64,000 bases of DNA from an uncultured virus (IMG/VR IMGVR_UViG_3300025133_000035) (Duplodnaviria; Heunggongvirae; Uroviricota; Caudoviricetes). The stretch is from IMG/VR virus record IMGVR_UViG_3300025133_000035; one strand, 5' to 3'. Shown here in pieces: positions 41,275 to 48,885 of the stretch. The notes beneath the pieces are model-generated. The model saw only the letters and a program-made list of their open reading frames with translations. It had not been told where the DNA came from and searched no databases. Numbering within the stretch: position 1 is the stretch's first letter; every line of letters starts with the position of its first letter. Position numbers and translations under genes: made by a program.

Positions 41275-43347
41275 ATGGCACGAACATTAGTAAATGCGCA
41301 TCAGTTAGCCCCGTTCTCGGGCTCATCGGCGACAGAGGTAGTATTCAACAAGGGTACTTACAGCGCTGGACTTTCGATGGACTCTGGTTCAATCTCTGAT
41401 ATTAACGCATTATCATTTGACGGAGGCGGAAAGCTAGAATATAGCTCACACGTACTCCACATTTCAGGAGCGGTGAAGACTGCATCTGATCTTACAGTCG
41501 AAGGCAACCTTGTTGTCAACGGCACAACACTTACAGTTGAGTCTACAACCGTTGCGGTTGAGGATTCAATGATCGAGATGGCAAAGGATAACTCCGCTGC
41601 CGACTCTGTTGATATTGGTTTCTACGGAGCAGCTTCTGGCAGTTCCGGAGCCACGGAATACTTCGGTCTTTTCCGTGATGCATCTGACGGCAAGTTCCGT
41701 CTTTTCAAAGAAAACCAAGCCCAGCCAACTAGCACCGTTAACATCGGAGGCTCAGGCTATGCTCCTGCTGATTTGGTTCTTGGTGATCTTGTCACCGACG
41801 CCATCGATCTTGGCAATGCCGACACCACTCTTGCCCGTCACAGCGCTGGCAATGTATCGGTCGAAGGTAACCTCATGTATCGCGCCGGCGGTACAGATGT
41901 ACCTGTTGCCGATGGTGGTACCGGAGCCTCAGACGCCGCTGGCGCACGCACCAACCTTGGTCTTGTGATTGGCACCGACGTGCTTGCCGAGCAACGCATC
42001 GGTATTCAAGATGATGACCTTGTTGAAATCGACGGCACTATTGCTGATAACGATTTTGCTAAGTTCACAGCTAACGGTCTTGAAGGTCGTAGCTATTCTG
42101 AGGTCAGAACTGATCTGGGTCTTGTTATTGGTACCGACGTGCTTGCTGAGCAACGCATCGGTATTCAAGATGATGACCTTGTTGAAATCGACGGCACTAT
42201 TGCTGATAACGATTTCGCCAAGTTCACGGCTAACGGTCTTGAGGGTCGTAGCTATTCTGAGGTCAGAACTGATCTGGGTCTTGTTATTGGTACCGACGTG
42301 CAGGCGTGGGACGCTCAGCTTGATTCTCTTGCTGCTTGGTCTGCTGCCAATGTCATTATCGGTACTGGTAGTGCTAACAGCGTTCAAATCGATCAAAGCG
42401 ATATCGCTGTCGCGGACTGGGCTAGCTTCACCGCTACCGGTCTTTCTGGTAGCTCTCACGCTGAGGCGAGGGTACTACTCAGTCTCGTACCCGGCGTTGA
42501 TGTCCAAGCATATGACCCCCAGCTTGCCACTCTTGCCGGCTTTACTGCCGCGCAGGTAACTCGCGGTATTGCCGATGGTAACTTGCTTACGGCAAATGAC
42601 GCAGTAGCAGACAATGATTGGCTTCGCATTAATGGAACTGAAGTTGAAGGACGTAGTGATGCAGAAATAAAGGCTGATCTAAGTTTGGAGATCGGAACAG
42701 ATGTCCAAGCATATGACGCCCAGCTTGCTGACGTAGCAGGTCTTGCTGTTACGGATGGTGGATTCATCGTTGGAAATGGTTCAAACTTCGTACTCGAAAG
42801 CGGCGCAACCGCACGTACGTCCTTGGGTCTTGTTATTGGTACCGACGTGCTTGCTGAGCAACGCATTGGTATTCAAGATGATGACCTTGTTGAAATCGAT
42901 GGCACTATCACTGATAACGATTTCGCCAAGTTCACGGCTAACGGTCTTGAGGGTCGTAGCTATTCTGAGGTAATGTCTGATCTAAGTGGTCAGGCTGCTG
43001 GATCTTTCTCGATGAACTCGCAGTTGATCACAAATGTGGCGGATCCTGTTTCCGATCAAGATGCTGCAACCAAAGCATATGTTGATGCTGCGTCTACTTC
43101 TTTCGGACGTGACGTTTTCGTCGGTAGTGGTGCATCTGGCTATACTAGTGGGACTGGCGTGTTCGCCATTAACGGAGGTGCTGCCACTGTTGCTGATTCC
43201 GAGCAGGTTTACCTGAATGGTCAGTTGCTTTCTAAGGGTTCCGACCTGACGAATGGCGACTACACCATCTCATCCGGTTCTGTTGAGATTCATCCCGACT
43301 TGAAACTTGATGCTGATGATATCTGTCAGATTCGCTACTTGAATTAA
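41275..43347 (+). CDS. Fibre protein with internal tandem repeats
   Basis: 690 aa; DVPVADGGTGAS..AGARTNLGL fibre motif, 53-aa repeats, ITNVADPVSDQDAATKAYVD neck motif; AGGAGGT SD. Confidence 0.7.
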   Translation: MARTLVNAHQLAPFSGSSATEVVFNKGTYSAGLSMDSGSISDINALSFDGGGKLEYSSHVLHISGAVKTASDLTVEGNLVVNGTTLTVESTTVAVEDSMIEMAKDNSAADSVDIGFYGAASGSSGATEYFGLFRDASDGKFRLFKENQAQPTSTVNIGGSGYAPADLVLGDLVTDAIDLGNADTTLARHSAGNVSVEGNLMYRAGGTDVPVADGGTGASDAAGARTNLGLVIGTDVLAEQRIGIQDDDLVEIDGTIADNDFAKFTANGLEGRSYSEVRTDLGLVIGTDVLAEQRIGIQDDDLVEIDGTIADNDFAKFTANGLEGRSYSEVRTDLGLVIGTDVQAWDAQLDSLAAWSAANVIIGTGSANSVQIDQSDIAVADWASFTATGLSGSSHAEARVLLSLVPGVDVQAYDPQLATLAGFTAAQVTRGIADGNLLTANDAVADNDWLRINGTEVEGRSDAEIKADLSLEIGTDVQAYDAQLADVAGLAVTDGGFIVGNGSNFVLESGATARTSLGLVIGTDVLAEQRIGIQDDDLVEIDGTITDNDFAKFTANGLEGRSYSEVMSDLSGQAAGSFSMNSQLITNVADPVSDQDAATKAYVDAASTSFGRDVFVGSGASGYTSGTGVFAINGGAATVADSEQVYLNGQLLSKGSDLTNGDYTISSGSVEIHPDLKLDADDICQIRYLN
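41959..42972 (+). repeat. 159-bp (53-aa) near-identical repeats in the fibre gene
   Basis: Unit GLVIGTDVLAEQRIGIQDDDLVEIDGTIADNDFAKFTANGLEGRSYSEVRTDL starts at 41959 and 42118; a third start at 42277 diverges after about 24 nt; another near-complete copy starts at 42826. Confidence 0.9.
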
Positions 43348-43393
43348 TCAGTTAACTTAACTGATAGTATAGGATTTTTTCTATATGCCCCTT

Positions 43394-43427
43394 GGGGGGG
43401 TCCGCTTGTCGGACCCCTCCATTTTTC
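43394..43427 (+). terminator. Rho-independent terminator after fibre gene
   Basis: GGGGGGGTCCG-cttgt-CGGACCCCTCC followed by ATTTTTC. Confidence 0.8.
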
Positions 43428-43475
43428 TTAGAGAATAAGATTTCCATTCTTTCATGTCCGTTGGAGTTTCCGTTG

Positions 43476-43485
43476 ACTATTTATT
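43476..43485 (+). promoter_or_regulatory. Putative late promoter ACTATTTATT
   Basis: Between the terminator and the sheath gene. Confidence 0.6.
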
Positions 43486-43574
43486 ACTGAAATATGGCAC
43501 AAAAGAAGGCTGTATGAAGAACACTTGTACCCTTAACAAAAGGGATAAAGTATTAATGCAGGAGATTAAGCATA

Positions 43575-46565
43575 ATGTCAGTAACTAAGTTTAAGTTTGT
43601 TTCACCGGGTGTGTATATCAATGAGATCGATAATTCTCAATTGCCCCGCCTGAGTGATCCTATTGGTCCAGTAATCATCGGACGTTCACAGAGAGGTCCA
43701 GCGATGAGACCCACTCAGATTAATTCATTTTCAGATTTCATCGAGGTGTTTGGTACACCGATGGGTGGTCGACAGGGCGAAGACGTCTGGCGAGATGGCA
43801 ACATGGTCGGACCCACTTACGCGGCATATGCTGCACAGGCATGGCTTCGTAATACGAATGCCCTAACTTTCATTCGCTTGGTCGGACAGCAGCACGAAGA
43901 CGCTACAACTGCCGGCTCTGCTGGTTGGTCAGTCGGGTCCATCGGAACTGATGGCGGCGCGTTCGGCTTGTTTGTTGCAAGCTCTGGCTCCGGAGAGACG
44001 GCTATGAAGGGCGCACTTGCTGCTGTCTGGTATCTTAGCGAGGGCGAGCTTGCCCTTAAGGGTTATGCCGCCGGCAGTACTCTGGACAATGTTACTGTGT
44101 CTGGCTCAAACGTATTGGTGGAGTCTGACGCAAACTATGCCGGCTTCACAGCGCTGGTCATGAGCGGTTCAACCGTCAACCACCAAACTCAGTTTAACTT
44201 TGATCGGTCCTCTGCAAATTATATTAGAAACGTATTCAACACGAATCCAATGCTGCTAAACAGTGAGATTACCGCAGAGCCGCTCCAGAAGTACTTCTTG
44301 GGCGAATCTTATGACCGCCACTTGGTCGAACAGTGCGGACAAGAAGCTGCAGCTTACGACGGGACTGCCGGCTCAGCCGACATCTCTGATGGCGCCTCCG
44401 GAGAGTATTACGGCTTCGTCGCTCCTCTTAAACTTGGTTCCGCCACCCCCGGTGTTATGACCATGGGAGCAAAGGAAGCAAAGTCTGGCTGGGTTTTCGG
44501 TCAGGATTTGACCACAGATTACGGAAGCTATTCTGCTGCTAACATGCAAAAGCTTTTCCGCTTTGTTACTCTTTCACCCGGTGACTGGGAGCAAAAGAAT
44601 CTTAAGATCGCCATTCAAAACATTAAGGTTTCCTCGAACGATTACGACAAGTATGGTTCTTTTGATGTTGTTATCCGCAAGGCTGACGATCTCGACGCGT
44701 CCATCCAGATCGTCGAGCGCTTTTCCGGCTGCAACCTGAACCCGTATTCTACCAAATTCGTTGGTCGTGTTATCGGAGATCAGCGCCTTGTATGGAGCGA
44801 CACAGAGAAGCGTCATAGACAATATGGCGAGCATCCCAACATGTCTAAGTTTATTCGATGCGAGCTTAACGGCGATATTGAAAACGGAACAGCAGACCAG
44901 CTTCTGCTTCCCTTCGGGTTCTATGGTCCGCCCCGGGTCATCGGATTCACGATGTCATCGGGCTCTACCCCGAGCACAGTGGGTTCTGATGGTGGCATCT
45001 CTATGGTTGCTAACCTAGCTTCCGCCACCGGCGAATACAATAACGTATTCGGTCGCGACACAGACACCCTTTCAGGCTCCACCGCGTTGAACTCGATGGC
45101 GGCTGGAGAAATTCTGGTTCATATCTCCGGAGCATCGGATTTTGGTGGCGCCGGCGATGCCTCATGTGGTACCGGCGACAGAGAGATCGGATTCACTGGT
45201 TCATACACTTTCCCAAGATTATACTTGAGAGCGTCTTCCTCAACGGGCGGACTATCTGATACGAGAAACGCATACTGGGGTCTTGATACGACTCGCGAAG
45301 ATTCTTCAATCTTACACGAACAAAGCTACGGCGATGTTGTAGCGGCTTTGCCCTACGGATTGTCTTCATACGATGCAGATGCGTCCGCAGACACTGAGGT
45401 ATCTTTCTACTTCACGCTAGATGATATTAAATCATCAAACTCTGGTCAGCCTTCTGACTCAACTTACTTGGCAGGATCCCGCACCGCAGGAACCTCTCTA
45501 AGTGCCGCAAGCGCTTCATATAAGGGTCCGCTGAATGCCTCCGCAAATCGCTTCTGTGTTCCTCTCTATGGCGGGTTTGAAGGAGTAGATATCAAGCAGT
45601 CAGAGCCATTCAGCAACATTGTTCTTCAGACCACCCCGGCTGATACTACCAACTATGCGTACTATTCAATCAAGAAGGCTATCGATATGGTAGCAGACCC
45701 AGAGGTCGTGGACATGGATCTTATTTCCATGCCCGGTTTGACCCACGAAGGTCTTACGAATCACATGATTAATACCGCAGAGGCACGCGGCGATTGCATG
45801 GCGATCATCGATCTTCCATACGCGTACACTCCGAAAACGGAGAGTACCAAGACGGCAGAAAACCGCGGCGCAAATATTGAGCAAGCTTTGAACTCAATGC
45901 GTAACAGAGGACTCAACTCTAGCTACGGCTGCGCTTACTATCCATGGGTACAGATTTCTGACCCATCGACTGCTCAGCGTATTTGGGTTCCGCCCTCTGT
46001 CCTTGCTCTCGGAGCCATGTCTTATGGTCAGAAGAGTCAGGAACTTTGGTTCGCGCCCGCTGGTTTCACCCGCGGTGGCTTATCAGAAGGTCGAGGCGGC
46101 TTGCCCGTTATCGCAGTGAGCGAGAGATTAACCTCTGGCGAGCGTGATGACCTTTACGACGCAAACATTAACCCGGTTGCGCAGTTCCCCGCAGAAGGCA
46201 TTGTTATCTTTGGTCAGAAGACCCTTCAGGTAACGCCCTCAGCATTGGACAGAATTAACGTACGACGCTTGATGATCTACGTCAAGAGAGAAATCTCTAG
46301 AATGGCTGCCACTCTGCTCTTTGATCAGAATGTTAAGTCAACATGGGCTCGATTCACCGGTCAGGTGAACCCCTTCCTTGCTAGTGTTAAGGCTCGCTTG
46401 GGACTCATGGACTTCAAGGTCATCTTGGACGAAACCACAACAACCCCAGACCTTATTGATCGGAACATCATGTATGCGAAGATCTTCCTGAAGCCAGCGA
46501 AGGCAGTAGAGTTTATTGCGATTGACTTTGTAATCACGGATTCAGGTGCGGCGTTTGAGGATTAG
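43575..46565 (+). CDS. Contractile tail sheath protein (T4 gp18-like)
   Basis: FVSPGVYINEID N-terminus; YYPWV, VPPS, WFAPAGFTRG, LYDANINP, GQKTLQ, DRINVRRL. Confidence 0.93.
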   Translation: MSVTKFKFVSPGVYINEIDNSQLPRLSDPIGPVIIGRSQRGPAMRPTQINSFSDFIEVFGTPMGGRQGEDVWRDGNMVGPTYAAYAAQAWLRNTNALTFIRLVGQQHEDATTAGSAGWSVGSIGTDGGAFGLFVASSGSGETAMKGALAAVWYLSEGELALKGYAAGSTLDNVTVSGSNVLVESDANYAGFTALVMSGSTVNHQTQFNFDRSSANYIRNVFNTNPMLLNSEITAEPLQKYFLGESYDRHLVEQCGQEAAAYDGTAGSADISDGASGEYYGFVAPLKLGSATPGVMTMGAKEAKSGWVFGQDLTTDYGSYSAANMQKLFRFVTLSPGDWEQKNLKIAIQNIKVSSNDYDKYGSFDVVIRKADDLDASIQIVERFSGCNLNPYSTKFVGRVIGDQRLVWSDTEKRHRQYGEHPNMSKFIRCELNGDIENGTADQLLLPFGFYGPPRVIGFTMSSGSTPSTVGSDGGISMVANLASATGEYNNVFGRDTDTLSGSTALNSMAAGEILVHISGASDFGGAGDASCGTGDREIGFTGSYTFPRLYLRASSSTGGLSDTRNAYWGLDTTREDSSILHEQSYGDVVAALPYGLSSYDADASADTEVSFYFTLDDIKSSNSGQPSDSTYLAGSRTAGTSLSAASASYKGPLNASANRFCVPLYGGFEGVDIKQSEPFSNIVLQTTPADTTNYAYYSIKKAIDMVADPEVVDMDLISMPGLTHEGLTNHMINTAEARGDCMAIIDLPYAYTPKTESTKTAENRGANIEQALNSMRNRGLNSSYGCAYYPWVQISDPSTAQRIWVPPSVLALGAMSYGQKSQELWFAPAGFTRGGLSEGRGGLPVIAVSERLTSGERDDLYDANINPVAQFPAEGIVIFGQKTLQVTPSALDRINVRRLMIYVKREISRMAATLLFDQNVKSTWARFTGQVNPFLASVKARLGLMDFKVILDETTTTPDLIDRNIMYAKIFLKPAKAVEFIAIDFVITDSGAAFED

Positions 46566-46607
46566 AAGATAAAAGGATAGAACGGCAGGACTTTTCCTGT
46601 TCGTTCT

Positions 46608-46616
46608 ACTATTTAC
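46608..46616 (+). promoter_or_regulatory. Putative late promoter ACTATTTAC after hairpin 46578-46608
   Basis: Motif directly follows the TAGAACGGCAGGA...TCCTGTTCGTTCTA hairpin, upstream of the tail tube gene. Confidence 0.6.
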
Positions 46617-46676
46617 TATTAGAATGAAGATGCTATAGAATTGGCATCTATAAGAAATCATTGGAGGATTTTGAAT

Positions 46677-47207
46677 ATGGGCGAGTTTTGGAGCAGCGCA
46701 GGTGCAGAGCCAAAAAGAAAATTTAGATGGATTTTATATCTAGCCGGTGGAGCAACTGGGCTAACAATCCCATCATATGTAATTAAGAAGGTGACAAAGC
46801 CTACTATTACGGTTAGCGAAGTGAAGCACAGCTTTATTAACCATTCGTTTTACTATCCCGGTCGAGTTGAATACAACGAGATCGAATTTACGTTAGTTGA
46901 TCCAATCGACATTAACGCAGCCAACATCATGAGCATGATCTTGCAAGAGTCTGGGTATGTATTCCCCGATACTGAAGCGGATGCAACTGCTCAGACCATG
47001 ACCAAGAAGAAGAGCACTGGTGCAATGGGAGAGATCAAGATCGAGCAAATCGACGGCGATGGCAATATGGTAGAATCATGGACGCTTACAAATGCATGGG
47101 TCAAGGAAGTCAGTCATGGCGACCTTGATTATGAGTCAGACGATCTTAGCGAGATAACCGTGAAGATTCGCTATGACTGGGCAACGATGGAAGCCGGCTC
47201 ACCCTGA
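46677..47207 (+). CDS. Tail tube protein (T4 gp19-like)
   Basis: GGAGG SD then ATG 46677; EPKRKFRW, YPGRV, WTLTNAW, LDYESD, IRYDWA; follows the sheath gene. Confidence 0.85.
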   Translation: MGEFWSSAGAEPKRKFRWILYLAGGATGLTIPSYVIKKVTKPTITVSEVKHSFINHSFYYPGRVEYNEIEFTLVDPIDINAANIMSMILQESGYVFPDTEADATAQTMTKKKSTGAMGEIKIEQIDGDGNMVESWTLTNAWVKEVSHGDLDYESDDLSEITVKIRYDWATMEAGSP

Positions 47208-47283
47208 TCACGCAGAATAAATCTAATAAATAATTTTAAAATAACTGACAAGTATATTATACTAAAACCACATTGGAGGAATA

Positions 47284-48189
47284 ATGTCAGGTCGCAATAA
47301 CGACGAACGAACGGGCGCTAAGCAAGGTACGAATACCGACGCCGCAGCCGCAGTTCAATCGGCTGTATCTCAGCCAACCCCACAATCATCCGGACAATTA
47401 AACTTTGTAGTCCCAACCGAATTTGTAGAACTGCCTACCGGCGGCGCCTACTATGCTAGCGGTCACCCGTTACATGGTCAGGAAACTATCGAGATCAAAT
47501 ACATGACAGCAAAGGATGAAGATATTCTTACATCCAAGTCTCTTCTAAAGAAGGGGCTAGCTATCAACCGGTTCTTACAGAACATTATCGTTGAGCGAAA
47601 CATTAAGGTTGAGGATCTTCTAGTCGGAGATAAGAATGCCATTCTCGTTGCCGCTCGTATCTCAGGCTATGGCGAAGATTACCGCACGAAGACACAGTGC
47701 CCAGCATGCGCCACTACTCAGGAGTATGATTTTACTCTTGCCAACGGCACGATCGTGGGCTTCGACACGGAGTATTACAACACGGATGAATACGCCAACT
47801 GTGTAACCAAGAACGAGGACGAGACCTTCAATATTGTTCTGCCGAAATCAGAAGTAACGCTTACTGTTCGCTTGATGAACGGTCACGATGAAACAAAATT
47901 GACCGAGGCAATGAAATCAAAGAAGAAGCAGAGCGTTGTTGGTCACGACACTAATATGACGGACCAGTACCTGACCTATATCATGGCAGTAAACGGAAGC
48001 CCTCAGATGGGACACATCGCCAGCTTTGTTAACGCGATGCCGGCTGCAGATTCGCGCTTCTTGCGGACAGCCTACCAAGCATTAATGCCAAACTACGATC
48101 TTAAGCAACACTTTGTATGTGACGCCTGTGCATATGAGCAGGAAATGGAGGTGCCGTTTACAGCGGACTTTTTTTGGCCTAAGTCCTGA
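47284..48189 (+). CDS. Tail assembly chaperone / baseplate hub assembly protein (gp26-like)
   Basis: VELPTGG..Y, KYMTAKDEDIL, LLVGDKNAILVAARISGYG, two CxxC pairs, ends FFWP. Confidence 0.65.
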   Translation: MSGRNNDERTGAKQGTNTDAAAAVQSAVSQPTPQSSGQLNFVVPTEFVELPTGGAYYASGHPLHGQETIEIKYMTAKDEDILTSKSLLKKGLAINRFLQNIIVERNIKVEDLLVGDKNAILVAARISGYGEDYRTKTQCPACATTQEYDFTLANGTIVGFDTEYYNTDEYANCVTKNEDETFNIVLPKSEVTLTVRLMNGHDETKLTEAMKSKKKQSVVGHDTNMTDQYLTYIMAVNGSPQMGHIASFVNAMPAADSRFLRTAYQALMPNYDLKQHFVCDACAYEQEMEVPFTADFFWPKS

Positions 48190-48418
48190 ATACATGGGAC
48201 AGGTATATGAGCAGTTTTTTCTACTCAAATACCATGGAGGCTGGAGCTTCATAGAAGCGTATAACCTCCCAGTTAAACTACGTACATGGTTCATGGAGAG
48301 GCTGCAGAAGCAGTTTAAACAAGAAGCAGATCAGATGAACAAGTCTCAAGGACGATCATCTTCTATGCCATCAATGAACAGACCTAGCATGCCAAGTGTA
48401 AGCAAGCCTAGCCGATAG
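48170..48418 (+). CDS. Tail chaperone extension (probably frameshift-fused to the upstream ORF; alternative ATG at 48194)
   Basis: FFGLSPEYMGQVYEQFFLLKYHGGWSFIEAYNLPVKLRTWF lies in the +1 frame, overlapping a T7 run at 48169-48175. Confidence 0.6.
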   Translation, partial: FFGLSPEYMGQVYEQFFLLKYHGGWSFIEAYNLPVKLRTWFMERLQKQFKQEADQMNKSQGRSSSMPSMNRPSMPSVSKPSR

Positions 48419-48432
48419 GCGGTTTGCTTTTT

Positions 48433-48462
48433 AAAAAGACCGGAATTAATTCCGGTCTTTTT
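48433..48462. terminator. Bidirectional terminator-like perfect palindrome
   Basis: AAAAAGACCGGAATT|AATTCCGGTCTTTTT, 30-bp perfect inverted repeat. Confidence 0.8.
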
Positions 48463-48474
48463 TCTTTTCTACGA

Positions 48475-48484
48475 AACTATTTAG
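48475..48484 (+). promoter_or_regulatory. Putative late promoter AACTATTTAG
   Basis: Directly after the terminator, upstream of 48520 and the tape measure gene. Confidence 0.6.
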
Positions 48485-48519
48485 TTGAGGATTGTAGTAT
48501 ATTTACCGGAGGACTATAA

Positions 48520-48855
48520 ATGGAAGACCAAGATAACGAACTGGTTCCGATTGTTATTGATTTAACTGCAGCCGAGAACGGCGAAATGAATGAGAGCTTC
48601 TTATCGATGTTCGGAGGAGGAATTAAGATGATTCTTCAGCGAATGTTTGGTGGAGCCAAGGTTCCCCTTGTCGTACGCGGCAACAAGGGACAGGTTAAAG
48701 ATTTTGCTCGCACACTTGCTGGCGAGAAAAGATACTATAAAGACTATGTAAAATACGGACTAGATGACCCGCGCACTTATCGCAGTAAGTACCAACTCCG
48801 CGGCGCCGTAAAGAAATTCGAGCGCAGCACGGGCATTGATTGGCCATTTAAGTAA
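48520..48855 (+). CDS. Hypothetical protein upstream of tape measure
   Basis: 111 aa; GGAGG SD. Confidence 0.65.
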   Translation: MEDQDNELVPIVIDLTAAENGEMNESFLSMFGGGIKMILQRMFGGAKVPLVVRGNKGQVKDFARTLAGEKRYYKDYVKYGLDDPRTYRSKYQLRGAVKKFERSTGIDWPFK

Positions 48856-48885
48856 GCCACTGCCCCCAAGGAGAGCCATTAACAC

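Noticed and set aside
41959..42972. Direct repeats as a possible CRISPR array or DGR template/variable repeat pair
   Set aside because: Units are 159 bp, in frame and without unique spacers; differences look mostly synonymous and not adenine-specific; no Cas or reverse transcriptase gene is in the window.
41150..48519. tRNA or known ncRNA genes in the larger intergenic gaps
   Set aside because: No cloverleaf/T-loop (GTTCGA) pattern or recognisable Rfam-like motif seen; the gaps are short and explained by terminators and promoters.
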